From contig NW_024704743.1 of NCBI RefSeq assembly GCF_018977255.1, forward strand, positions 72,356,001 through 72,420,000: a stretch of 64,000 bases of DNA, written 5' to 3'. Shown here in pieces: positions 1 through 12,390 of this stretch. The notes under the pieces were generated by a model. It ran no database searches. It was not told the DNA's origin and saw only the letters and a list, made by a program, of their open reading frames with translations. Each line of letters starts with the position of its first letter. Position 1 is the stretch's first letter. The position numbers and the translations under genes are program-made. The DNA is from Callorhinchus milii. Taxonomy: Eukaryota.

Positions 1-2222
1 AGCTTAACTTGGAGGCAAAGGACAACCCCTGGCTTCTCTTTTCCACCACAAACAGTCTCCTCCGTCCACCTTGCCATGCCTCGCCCATCCTCTCCTCAAA
101 CTCCAACTGTGAGGAGATGCTGGATTTTCTCAAAACCAAAATCAAGGGGATACGTTCAGCCACCTCTGCCCCATCCACAGCCACCCCCACATCACCTCTC
201 CCTCATGACCCACCCCCCACCCATCACCCCCTATACTCCTTTGACCCTATCGCTCCCTCCTCCTTCTCTGCGATTGTTTGCAAACTGAAACCCACCATCT
301 GCTCCTCGATCCCATCCCCACCTCTTTCCTCATCTCCCAGCTCCACCTTCTGGCCCCTCTCCTGTCCGACATTATCAACCTCTCCTTGTCAACCGTTCAG
401 TTCCAAGCCCCACTAAAAACAGCCGTCATCACACTCATCCAAACCTTCCCTGGACCCATCCCTACTCTCCAGCTACCGCCCCATCTCTAACGTCCCATTC
501 CTCTCCAAGGTCCTGGAATGAGTTGTCGCGTCCCAGTTCCGCTCCTTTCTCTCTCGCCATTCCCTCTTTGAAACCCCTCCAATCCGGCTTCCATGCTGCT
601 CACAGCACGGAAACAGCCCTGGTCAAAGTCACTAATGATATTCTGAACATCTGCGATCAGGGCTCCCTCTGCCTCCTTGTCCTCCTCGACCTCTCTGCCG
701 CCTTTGACAGTGTCGACCACTCCATCCTCATACACCGCCTCTCCGCTTTACTCAATCTTCACGGACCTGCCCTTGCCTGGTTTGATTCCTATCTCTCTCA
801 CCGTCTCCATTTTGTTGCCTCTAATCGTTTCTCCTCCAGCCCCCACACTGTCACATCTGGCGTACCCCAGGGCTCTGTCCTTGGCCCTCTCCTCTTTAAT
901 ATCTACATGCTACCCCTGGTGACATCATCTGCAGACATGGGGTCAACTTTCACACGTATGCGGATGACACCCAACTCTATCTTTCCGCCTCCACCCTCAA
1001 CTCTAGGACCACTGCTGTCCTGACAGACTGCCTGTCGAACATCAAGTCCTGGATGAGGGCAAATTTCCTCCAGTTGAATGTGAACAAGACTGAGGCCCTC
1101 CTGATTGGCTCGCGCCAGCGCCTCAGCACCTCAGGCTCTGGCAACATCAACCTCCATGGTTGCACATTACAACTCACCGCCAGTCAGGAACCTCGATGTC
1201 TTATTCGACCCTCAACTGTCGTTTCTTCCCCATATCCAAGCCATGACCCGCTCTGCCTTCCCTCATCTCTGAAACATCACCCGACTCCGCCACTACCTCA
1301 CCCCTCAGGCCACTGAAACTCTTGTTCATGCCTTCATCACCTCCAGGCTCGACTATGCAAAGGCCCTGCTTGTCAGCCTTCCCAACTCCTCCTTCCACAG
1401 GCTGCAGATAATCCAGAACTCTGCAGCCCGTGTCCTCTCCTGCACCAAACTCCCCCACTCTCGCCCGACTCCACAGGCTCCCTATCCTTCAGAGAATCCA
1501 GTTCAAGATGTGGAGTCCTGTAGCTCAGTGGTTAGAGCACTCGCTTTGCAAGTGAGACACCTGGGTTCAATTCCAGGCAGGGCGAAACCTTGGGCAAGTT
1601 TCCTTACTCCACACGCCTGATAATAATCCCTCCAAAACAAAACAATAATAAATTGGTCATTTTCAATCTACGACTGTTTGTGGGACATTGCTGTGCGCAA
1701 TTGGCTGCCACGTTCGCCCACAAATATAAGGTCAATTCACTTTACAGTATATTCTGTGAAGCGCTTTGGAACGTCTAGAAGACGTGAAAAGCGCTATATC
1801 AAATGCAAGGATTATTATTATCATTATTATTATAAGATCCTGGTCCTCACATACAAAGCCCTCCAGGGCCTCGCCCCACCCTATCTCTGTGATCTCCTCA
1901 CCACCTACCAACCCACACGCTCCCTCGGCTCAGCCAGCTCTGGCCTGCTCCATGTTCCCTGACCCACCCACCCCACCATTGGTGGGAGAGCCTTCAGCCA
2001 CTCTGTCCCCAACCGTTGGAACTCCATCCCCCAATCACTCCATCTCGCCCCCTCCTTAACCTCCTTCAAGTCCCGCCTCAAGACCCTCCTCTTCGACCAT
2101 GCCATTGGTCACCCTTCTCCCCCCTGATCCCAGCTCGGGTCTGAAATGCTGTACACTGTCCAGTGCCTTGGGACGTCCTCCCGATGTGAAAGGTGCTATA
2201 CAAATCTCATCTTGTTGTTGTT
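1..2222 (+). mobile_element. L2-clade LINE, decayed ORF2 (RT) through 3' tail; interrupted by a SINE at 1510-1833
   Basis: Frameshifted RT motifs [55 protein letters not shown] and NFLQLNVNKTE. 3' stem-loop ttgggacgtcctcccgatgtgaaagg followed by a (TTG)n tail at about 2160-2222. Confidence 0.93.
1510..1833 (+). mobile_element. Young tRNA-derived SINE (tRNA head, Deu-domain 3' half, L2-type tail), full length
   Basis: Head gtggagtcctgtagctcagtggttagagc (A box) and gggttcaattcc (B box); ctgtttgtgggacattgctgtgcgcaattggctgcc body; (TAT)n tail; 5-bp TSD aagat at 1505-1509 and 1834-1838. Confidence 0.92.
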
Positions 2223-2339
2223 AAGGTGCTGTGTTAATAAACCTCTTGTAAACAATGTCTGCCTCCATGTACACTCAGTATCTGTGTGGGTTGGACAGTT
2301 CATGACCACAGTCTAGTGGGGTCTCCATAGATCTCCGTA

Positions 2340-2887
2340 CGAATGTTGGAATTGAGCTAGTTCTCTATGGCAGTCTTGGTAGTCCGGTTCCTGAGCCAGG
2401 CAGCTCTGCAATATTCCAGGCACTGCTGATGGCAGCACAGCCAGCGTGGCTCATTGGCAGGATCTGGAAGGTCATACCAGGTACTAGAGGTAGGGAGTCA
2501 TCCCAGTGAATTCAGCTCCTGTTAACCCTGCAAGCCAAAGCCCTAATGGGTTGGGTGGTCCTAGCTGGGCAAGCAGCGGGAAAGCTTGCCAGACAGCGAT
2601 ATCAATAACAAGCAATGCAGTTTTAGCTGGTTAGATTCCAGCAGTACCCCAACACCCAATCTGGGGTCCCCAAGCCTTGGCTCTTGCCAACCTGTGCCTG
2701 ATACTTTCCAGAATTAGATAATCAGGATGTGCCCCTCCGGGGAGAATGCACATTCCATTCCAACAATTTATCTCTGGGATTGCCATGTGTAGATGGAATG
2801 CAAGGAATTGTCAGCTTGGTTTGGATACTCTTAAGCATGGTGATTGGTTTTCGCATGTGTTAGACACCCGGTTGACCAAAAACAAAA
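2340..2887 (+). repeat. Unclassified interspersed repeat (family X), copy A
   Basis: Colinear similarity to 55570-56447 (+), 23402-23955 (-) and 25357-25900 (-). Ends in gacacccggttgacc plus an A-rich tail. Confidence 0.85.
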
Positions 2888-3805
2888 TGACCACAGTCTC
2901 ACATGTGGTTATATTGGTGTCAGACATGGGAAGGCCAGGGGCTCACAAATCCTTACCCCATGGCCATGAGCAGAAAGATTCCCCGCTGAGCCTGTCAGAG
3001 GTGCTGGTACCTGAAAACAATACGGTGCTAACTGAACTAACAACCAACAAGTGGGCAAAGCAATTCTCCAAAAGTTAGAGTTATCCAACAGTTATCACCA
3101 CTGGTAATTATAACATGTAGCATATCTTAATTTACCTCCATTGTACTATTCAATTTTCTCAATACTCTTTTCACTGCTCTGCTTTCACTACTCACCTCCT
3201 ACGCACAACTTCTTGGTTTCATTCTCCAAACTAATGCCAAGCCTGAGCTAATTACTCACTTTACTGTTTCCTTTCAGATGTAGACATTTGGATGAGTTCT
3301 GCTTTAAAATCCTTTAACAAGGATTAACAGCCTCAATTGGTGCTTTTCCCCACCCTTTTTTTATATACAGACAATTGTTTGCCATTTTGCAAGAGGTTGG
3401 AATGCCAGGAGTAACTCTCTAATTATATGATAATAATTTGATGACAAAATAATAGAATTTCAAACAAAAATGTAAATGTGCAGAGCTTTGCACAGTCGGA
3501 TACAGATCCTCATTCACTTTAATGCTACGTGACCTTTCAGTTCATCCCTAATGATAAGTGGGGTGGAATTAAAATGAATGAAGCTTTGTGTCCGACTGAG
3601 CAAAGCTGCTGGAATCTAAAACTGCAATTTGATCATTTGGGTTTTTGGACACAGATTTTGTACTGAAAGGTCACACACAGATAAACATTGACTTTCCTCA
3701 TTGTAACTCCACCCAGACAGTATTTTTTTTAGAATACTTCATGTGGTAGCCAAGAACAAAAATGACTGTGGCTATTCTTTTCTGTGAGGTCTCAGTGGTC
3801 TGACT

Positions 3806-4172
3806 GTGGAGTCCTGTAGCTCTGAGGTTAGAGCACTCGTCTCGCAAACGAGAGACCTGGGTTTGATTCCCAGCAGGGTGAAATGTTGCGCAAGTTTCTT
3901 TACTCCACACACCTCTGTTTATTTAGCAGTAAGTAGGAACGTGTTTGTTAGTTGGTTGGCGGATCGCTTTTCCAAGGGTAATAATTCCTTCAAAAAAAAA
4001 TTGGTCGCTTCAATCCGTGACTCTGTGTGTGACACTGCTGTGCACAATTAGCTGTCGCGTTTCGCCCACAAAATATAGTCAATTCACTTTACAATATATT
4101 CTGTGAGGCGCTTTGAGACGTCTCGAAGATGTGATAAGGCGCTATATCAAATGCAAGGATTAGTATTATTAT
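3806..4172 (+). mobile_element. tRNA-Deu-type SINE, longer variant
   Basis: Same gtggagtcctgtagctc head and tail as 1510-1833, with an extra internal segment (cctctgtttatttagcagtaagtaggaac...). Confidence 0.88.
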
Positions 4173-4314
4173 CTCCATGTACATCACTCTGTGGTTTGTC
4201 CTCAGGAATTGTGAAAGTTAGAGGCTTGAATGAGGTATGGGCAGTGAGATTGAAAGCGCAACATGCTCTGAGAACACGTAAACTTCACTTTCAATCCCAC
4301 TGCCTGCTTTAGCC

Positions 4315-4385
4315 CAAAGGCAGACATGATGGATTGAATGGCCTCCTTCTGCGCTGTAAATTTCTAGAATTCTTTCATCTCTATG
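4315..4385 (+). mobile_element. CR1 3' tail remnant
   Basis: ggcagacatgatgggattgaatggcctccttctgcgctgtaaatttctag matches the CR1 terminal hairpin seen at 8620-8686. Confidence 0.55.
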
Positions 4386-5685
4386 TCATTTTGTCTAATG
4401 ATAGAAAAGAAATGAGACTTGTGATGAGGCTGTGTTTCAGGGTTACACTTGAGACATTGGCCCATCTTTGTTGTTCAGATGCTGATTGACCTACCGCACA
4501 TTTACTAACATTATCTGGTTTGATTCTGGGGAATTCCTGTCTCCCTGGGCAACCGGTTTGATTACTTTACAGATCACACAACATGATGCTGAAATAACCA
4601 CAAATATAAATGAAGCTACTCAAATGTCAGCAGTTGCTTTATTACTGTAATCTTAACCCTAAACCACTGAAGAAAACGCCTCAGACTCAATTTTAATTAA
4701 AATCCCTTAAGCATTCTTAAAACACTGAAGCAACCACTAGGGCTTGATTTTTAATAAATCTTAAAGATCTTACTTTGGTTCTGTTTGCCTTGTTTACCTC
4801 CTTAATTTTCCATTCATTTTCAGTCCTCTTTGTATATGATTTTTCCCTTTTTTCCCGCCCAAATCGAACCTATCCTATCTTTTCTAACTGTGAAAAATAC
4901 AACAACTTGCATTTATATAGCACCCTTCATGCAGGGTTCGGTCTTGGAGCATTTAAGTATATCTTCCATTTCCCTCTTGGCTCCCTGAATCCATGTTGAA
5001 AGCGGAAAAAACTCTTAAAAAAAACCATGATGATTCGCTGTTAGAAACACATCTTGCAGTGATTTTGCCTTGTGCTATTCAGAAACTGAGACAGGGCAGA
5101 TTGACACACTCACCTATGGCTTCAACCAGGTTTGTGCTGTCCTTGACATGTGTCTGAAAAGAAATTAGGTTCTTGAATAGACATATGATGGCAGCCCAAC
5201 AAGAGCATTCAGATGAGCAAATTTGACTATTAAATATAGTCAAACCTGTTCAGCAAACCAGTTCCATTCAGGAACCACCCCCTGTTAACAATCAGTATGA
5301 AACAGCCCAAACAGCCAAATTTCATACCAACGAACCCTTCCTCAGAGGCTACTCTTATATAAAGGCCAGTTTGGCCAAGTTCCCTGAGCAGTTGTTGACG
5401 ACAAGTTTGAAACACTATTGTGTTTTTTTAATTCTATTATTATGTTACGAGATACTGTGATCCAACGAGTTTAGTAGCGTTCACTGATGAGAAATTAGGT
5501 CGCTAGGTGAAGAGTCTTTACCATTGGAACTATGACTTACTAAAAAGACCTGTTCACTGCTAATGGTCAGTCTCACTCCAATAAATTCCATGCAGAGCAC
5601 ATTGGAAACATTGAGTGAAACTGTGACAAGGAAAATTATCACTGTTAACAACCACAATTCAATCATTATTACAAGGTTTGTGGGT

Positions 5686-6128
5686 AATAATAATCATATG
5701 CATTTTGATACAGCACCTTTTACATTAGGTAGGTGTCTCAAATTGCTTCATAGGATTTGCTACAAAGTGCAGTGACTGCGTACTTTGTAACTGAATACAA
5801 CAAACAATTTGCGCACAGCAATGTCCCACAAACAGCCATGAAGTGAGTCACCAATTTTATCAGTGGAATTTTTGGTCAGGACACCAAGATAAACTCCTTT
5901 CTCTTTATTCAAATAGTACCATGGGATCTTTAACATCCACCTGCACAGGCAGATGGAACATTGGTTTAACATCTCATTTAAAGAATGGCATCTCCAATAA
6001 TTGTAGCACACACCCAGCAGTATATTGGAGTGTCCGCCTAGATTGTGAGATCAAAATCCCGATTTGGAGCTTAAAACAAATACCTTCTGACTCAGAGGCG
6101 AGAATACTACCGACTGAGCCAGCCTGAC
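5686..6128 (-). mobile_element. Older DeuSINE (SacSINE1-like)
   Basis: Reverse complement starts gtcaggctggctcagtcggtagtattctcgcctctgagtcagaagg and contains the caggtggatgttaaagatcccatgg and ctgtttgtgggacattgctgtgcgcaaattg Deu-domain blocks. Confidence 0.8.
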
Positions 6129-6852
6129 ACTTTATCTGCCTGGCATTGTTATTGCTGCTTACCAGAACATTAAACCAGAATCCTGTTAAATGGCACTGAA
6201 ATGCCATATACTTTACAATAAATGCTGCTGCCAGCGACTTCGGCAAAAATAACAATGGCTGGAGGGAACTTCAGCCAGCTTCAGACCAAACCATTGTCAT
6301 CAAGACAGGGATCACTAACACCATGGATAAACCGATAACTATCAACTGGTTTGACGGCAATGTTCAGTAATATGATAATCATCACTTGTGCCATTACACA
6401 TCACATTTTTCATCCCTTTGTCTTCTTCAAGCTCAAGTCCAAACGGTTTTGCAAAAGCAAAAACGGAGACTGTGACATTTTTGGAGGTTTGGAATGCATT
6501 GCTGCTCATTTCTGGCTGCGTAAAAAGCACTCAGAAAATGAAATGCTGGAAGAAAAGGTCACAGAAGAATATTTTACCCAACGTGCAAGAGGGCAGTTTA
6601 ATGTTTAGTTTAAGGACACAGGTGTAAAGAAGAAAAGTAAAAGTTTCCAATAATAATCGTACCCATGTAGAACAACTGGATAAAGGCACAAAGCCATACA
6701 GAAGACTAGATAGATAGGCTGGGATGCCCCAAATAACTGAATTACCTTCTCGCACTCATTACCTATGCTCACTGAAGAGCAATTCTGGATCTGTACCTCA
6801 ATAAGAGATAATACCTTCAGAACGAAAAAAGGAAGAAATCATTGGCATAAAT

Positions 6853-7065
6853 CAGGATGGTCCAACTGATCGATTTCATACTCCACCCCCTTCCATTTCA
6901 TCTGGACCACGCACCCCCTCCATAATCTTTAATGTTATATTATAATAAAATAATCCTTGCTTTATGTTTCTGGAAGCGAAACACATAACCATTGCTCATG
7001 CGGCCCATGGATGTTTCTCAAATAGAGCATCCGGCTCTCATCAGCCAAAAAGTTGGACCACCCTG
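6853..7065. mobile_element. Non-autonomous hAT (Buster/Charlie-type) MITE, 213 bp
   Basis: TIRs caggatggtccaact / agttggaccaccctg (14/15 match); 8-bp TSD gcataaat / acataaat with central TA; subterminal gcggccc motif. Confidence 0.82.
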
Positions 7066-8544
7066 ACATAAATAATTAAAAAAGAGACTTGATCCAATTA
7101 CAGTTTTAACACTAGATTTATGCAGTTGGACAAAATCGAAACCTACCTTTTAATGGTAAGGAGCCTTTCAGCCCATCCACAGTTTGTGGACTAAGAGTCT
7201 ATATTTGTTTTGAATTCACTCTTGAGATTCAGTAAAACCAAAGTGAAAGAAGGAAAGCAAGAAGTTACAGTTTTATATTATTATGTTAAAACATCTTGAA
7301 GGGTTTCACAAGTAATTAGCATTGAGTGTTTATTTGTAAGTAAATCTACCTGAACTGACAAAGTCTCCTTAACATTCTTGGGTGCCTCTTTGTTTGTGGT
7401 GAATTGGCAAATCGCAGTATCTTGTGTTACTGCTAACCTGAGCGTAATAGAAGAAAATGTTCAACCAGTATTGTATAAACACAACAGATTTGAGACCGCT
7501 TCTCCCCACCACCACCACCATGTGAAGACGACGTGTATAAACAACACAGCATTCCATTAATTAGCTAATTTCTGTCTCTTTTAGTTTAACAACACATTGG
7601 ATGGATTTCAGAATCTGATAAAAAAAATTTCAGCAGCGCAGCTGTGGTGACGGCTGTTTATGATATGAAAACAGACATTTAAGATCGAAGGCAGCCTGTG
7701 TGATGAAGGACGTGCTGGTCTGTCACTGCCTGCTGCAGCATTCCTCAAAGACAGCAAAAGGAAATGTTTGCTCACTGAATACAGGCTTACTTTGTGCTGC
7801 TTGGTTTCACTACAACAGTAAATCCTTTCTAAAAATAAAATTACTCAAATCTTTGACAGTCATTTTCAGTAAGTGCAATTTAATATACTGCCTAATCACC
7901 AAATAATAGTCTTTTGAAATAATAGTTAAGTATTGATGTGTAATAACTCTGTTTATCTGAACACCAAACCTTTGAAGAGCTGATTTATTTTTTCTAAGGA
8001 TTTATGTGGTTAGAAACACACCTTCCTTTGTGTTTCTTATTTTACTTCTTCTGGTTGCTTAGATATTGGCCATTTTCATTTATTCTTGCAACATAATCTT
8101 CTTAACATCTCCATGGCAGGAGAAATACTCCCTTTTTACTTAAGCATTCTCATTTACTTAAGAATTCCCATTAAGCAGACAAACGAAAATGTTCAGGTAA
8201 AGAATCCGTTCCCTCAAAAATGAATGTTCGCTCTTGCATGCCTCACTTTAAATAGTGCACACTCTACTTCTACAGCGCCTTAAGCAACATCAATTGATCA
8301 AACCTTGGTCGACTTAGGAAATCTTAGTACCCCAAAAAAATCAAAGCAAATTAAGGCATAGGCGGGAGTGAAACTGATAACATAACAGTGGCTTTCAGTG
8401 AAAACCTTTCCTTCTTATCAGTCTGACGTTAATTTCACAGTGACTCTTGTTTTTCATTTTCCTCTAACTCATTTCCTAGCCCATTTTATACAATATATGC
8501 AGCAAAGGGCAGTTAGTACAAATCATGTAGATAAGTAGATAATA

Positions 8545-8686
8545 ATTTGGGGAGGGACAAAGTTGCAGGGCTATGGGGAGAGAGTGGGGGAGTGGGATTG
8601 AATTGGATTGCTCTTTTTAAAGAGCTGGCACAGACACGGTAGGCTAAATGGTCTCCTTCTGTGCTGTATAATTCTATGATTCTATG
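8545..8686 (+). mobile_element. CR1 3' end
   Basis: gggctatggggagagagtggggg...ggctaaatggtctccttctgtgctgtataattctatgattctatg, ending in a CR1-type 8-bp terminal repeat. Confidence 0.75.
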
Positions 8687-8814
8687 TGCACGTAATGTTC
8701 TTCATTCCTCTTCCAAACACCTAAGTGTGTCGTGACCTAACAACCACAAAGACAACAATTTTCCATTGGAGAAGAGAAGACCTGAGGTGATGAAGGAATC
8801 ATTGAGGGTTTCAG

Positions 8815-9490
8815 TAACAACAACAACTTTCACTTATATAGTGCCCTCCATGCAGGGTAACTCCTGTAGAGTTGGAAGGAGGTGGTGGCCAAGATAGGCG
8901 ATGTTGTGGAGATGGAAGAAAGCAGACTTTTTCAAGGATTGGATGAACAAAAAACAGCAAATTTCATTTGGTTAGCGTCTTTGACTTCAGGAAGACATCC
9001 CAAGGTGCTGGACAGTCAAGGAATCAGGATGTTGGGCAGGTAGTGTAGGGGTAGGAGGGTGGCCGAAGTGTGGTCGGAAGGTCTTGAGACTTGCCTTGAA
9101 GGGAAGGGAGGGAGCAAGGTGAAGGGAATGTGGGATGGAATTCTAAAGGGTGAGGGCAGAGAGACTGAAGGCCTGACCACTGATGATGGGCCAGGCTGGG
9201 CGGAGGACATAGAGCAGGTCGGAGCCTGCTGAGTGGAGTGAGCAGACAGGTTGATATGGGTTTAGCAGGTCACAGAGGTAGAAAAGAGCAAGGCCTTGGA
9301 GATTTGAAATAGGATTCGAAAGAGATTTCATACTGGCTCCATAACCCGAATGAGCAACTCAGGAGGTTCAACACAGTTGATGCCTGAGGTGATGTGGCTT
9401 TGGCAGGAACCAAGCAGATTGACCTCAGTTCTGCCAATGTTAAGTTGAAAAAACTTAAGGATCATTCAGGAATTGATGTCCGACAGCCAG
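8815..9490 (-). mobile_element. L2 fragments (3' end plus RT pieces)
   Basis: Reverse complement matches the L2 3' region (YLCDLLNPYQP...) and tail; NFFQLNIGRTE-like segment near 9420-9470. Confidence 0.75.
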
Positions 9491-9920
9491 ACAAGACAAC
9501 AACAAAATTACATTTGTAAAGCGCCTTTCAAGTTGGGAGAATATCCCAAGGCGCTGGACAGTCAGTGTTTCGAGCTGGGGGTTGGGATTGGGGTGAGTGG
9601 AGGGCAGGGGCAAAGCAGGGTGATTAGAAGCACGGTCGAAGAGGAGGGTCTTGAGATGGGTCTTGAAGGAGTTAAGGGAGGGGGTGAGGCGGAGGGATTG
9701 TGGGATGAAGTTTCAGAGGGTGGGGGAAGAGTGGCAGAAGGCCCGCCCGCCAATGGTGGGGAGGGCGAGGCAGGGGATGTGAAGCAGGTCGGAGCCTGCT
9801 GAGCGGAGGGTAGCGGACAGGATGGTAGGGCGTTAGGAGGTCGCGGAGGTAGAGGGGAGTAAGGCCAGGGAAGGCTTTGAAGGTGAGGACCAGGATCTTG
9901 AACTGTATCTTCTAAATGAT
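9491..9920 (-). mobile_element. 5'-truncated L2 3' end
   Basis: caacaacaaaattacatttgtaaagcgcc tail; reverse complement aligns to 21860-22312. Confidence 0.85.
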
Positions 9921-10816
9921 ACAAATGACTAAATGACTGACAATTGTTTCATTTGTCTTGCTTTCCTCTTTTTACAATCTTGGTAGTGTTTTGCATTATA
10001 ACCTTTGCTACTCAAGTAAATTTCTCAATAGAAAATGCTACAATGTTATGGGGATCCCATTGTTGAATACAGGATAACACAGACTGGGACATGTTGCAGG
10101 AGTTTTGACATACTGAGGGATATGGTTGACTCCACACACTGCAAGAGGGAAGCTGAAGCAGTTCAACACATACTACAAGAACAACTTCAAAAACAACTTG
10201 CCCTTCACAGCCCTTCACATAGGCTAATGTCTTGGAGCACTTAAAACCACTCCCCCCTGATCCATTCTGTCTATTATAGCCAGCTGGAGATCATGGGCTA
10301 CATTCACTCAATTGTCAGCAGATGCACTGGTTTCTATTGACAGCTGTTATGTTGGATGGTGGTGGACTAGATGTGATTTAACACCACACGAACTGAAGCC
10401 TTCATTTGCCACATAATTTCAACTGAATCCCATTGTACCAAATGAATAGAACTGCAGTGATATTGGACCATATGGTTTTATTTATTTGCTACCCTTTAAA
10501 AATAACTTTACCTCCCTAAATCAAAAATGATCACAATTCCATTCCGTTCCCACACATATACTTACTTGTCTAGTTCTTCTATATCTGTGCTTGAGACCTG
10601 GGTCAAATAAATCTCTCAACATTTAAATATCCAGGATTACATTGCCGCTCGATGTTTAATAAAATCAGTCAGCATTCCAACATCATCTTTGGTAACGTCA
10701 ACCATTAATGGGATTTCCCATTGTAACCACACATTGTCAAGGGCCTGTGCATGATACTGACTGGATATTAGAGCCCTAAAACCATCCTTTTTTCTTCTTC
10801 TCTGAACATGCCCTCA

Positions 10817-11192
10817 GGTGTCAGCCTGGGTCAGTTGTTAGGACTCTCGCCTTTGAGTAAGAAGGTTGTGCATTCAAGTCCCTTTTTGAAATGTGTCTAG
10901 GGAGACACTGTCGTCCTGGTGGGTGGGGGTGGGTGCAACATTGTCACAGGATGAAATAGTAAACCGAAGTCTGCCTGTTTAGGTAGACATGAAAGATCCT
11001 GTGGCACTATTCGAAAAGAGGAGGGAATTTCTTCAGATAAAATTGATTATGTCATGGCTATTTGTGGGACAATGCAGTTGCAAATTTGCTACCATGTTTG
11101 CCTACAAATACATAGTCACTGTACTTCACAGTAAATTCTGTGAAACTCTTTGCAACATTTTGATGTTATATCAGACACAAGGATGATTATTT
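10817..11192 (+). mobile_element. Older DeuSINE (SacSINE1-like)
   Basis: gtcagcctgggtcagttgttaggactctcgcctttgagtaagaaggttgtg head; aaagatcctgtggcactattcgaa Deu block; SINE tail. Confidence 0.8.
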
Positions 11193-11837
11193 TCCAAAGT
11201 TTTTATATTTTTTCGAATGCAGCTGCCCCAAAACTGGGTACGATATTCTAACCGTGGACTCGCTAGTAATCTTCATAAGATTAGAATAATATATTTTGAC
11301 TCATGGTCAAATATCCTCAAGATGTATTTATTTATCTTTGTTATCAGCAGCTTGCCTGAATATTTGCAATGGGTCATATTAGATCTATTGCAGGCAATTA
11401 AAAAGAGAATATGTGTGTCAATAAGCTATGTACAGCATTTGTAGATGATTGATTTAGCTAGTTCCCAATAGTTTACTGTGCAGTCTGAAATTCAATATTC
11501 CCGAACCAGCTTTGTTGCATTGATTGAGACTTCTGTTTTCTGAAACTCCTAGCCAGAGGTTCCTGATTCTTTTTCAACATTTGAAAAATTATTGATATTC
11601 TTCTGAAAATGCTGACAATTCTCTAAACAATAGTACAGATCAGGATTTTTTTTAGTCTCACACTTTTTTTCTTTCTTATATATATTTTGCTTTCACTCAG
11701 TTCTGTCCACTGTTCTGCTAGCGTACAGGGAGCACGTACCTTCAAGTACCACCCAAAGGATCAGCCACTCTTAAACCACAGAGGATGCTGAGCCAAGGCT
11801 GATCTTGCTCTCACCTGAAATTCATACCTTCTGATAT

Positions 11838-12390
11838 TAATAATAACATTAATAATAATAATAAATGCATTTGATAGAGAGCCTTATCACATCTATGAGA
11901 CATCTCAAAGTGCTTCACAGATTATATTGTGAAATGGATTGAATAAAGTGGATTTTGTGGGCAAAACGTATCAGCCAGTTGTGCACAGCGGTGTCCCACA
12001 AACAGCCTTGGATTACATGAACAATTTTTTTTGAGAAATTATGATCCCGGAAAGCATTCTGATCAATGTAGGTCTTAGACAAGGTAATGATCCAAAGCGT
12101 TTTAGGATTTTGAACCAGCGACAATGAAAGAGCTCAAATTTTTCAATAAAAACAATCCTTGCATTTGATATAGCACCTTATCATTGTTGTTAAAACATCT
12201 CAAAGCGCTTCACAGGATTTACTGTAAAGTACAGTGAGTGATTGTGTATTTGTAGACAAATGTGGCAGCCAACTTGCACATAGGTATGTCCCACAAACAG
12301 CCATGAAATGGATAATCAATTTTATTTGGCACATTTTTGGCCAGGACATTGGAAACAACTTTCTGCTCTTTAATGGCCACCTGCAGATGC
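11838..12390 (-). mobile_element. Two partial Deu-type SINE 3' halves (about 11838-12030 and 12148-12390)
   Basis: (AAT)n or aacaatcc followed by tgcatttgatatagc tails, and gtcccacaaacagcc Deu blocks on the minus strand. Confidence 0.75.

Noticed and set aside
1511..1582. tRNA-like sequence (also at 3806, 37906, 42163, 56328, 56577)
   Set aside because: These are SINE heads: each is followed by the same body and tail, several have TSDs, and there is no proper acceptor stem.
1678..1962. Recurrent MWDIAVRNWLPR...KCKDYYYY peptides in several ORFs
   Set aside because: Chance translation of SINE copies, not a peptide gene family.
6342..6530. Minus-strand ORF after a possible splice acceptor (tttttacgcag)
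   Set aside because: No recognisable protein similarity and no partner exons; could be non-coding.
10035..10244. 69-aa ORF in unique sequence
   Set aside because: No motif, no convincing splice donor, and a length expected by chance.
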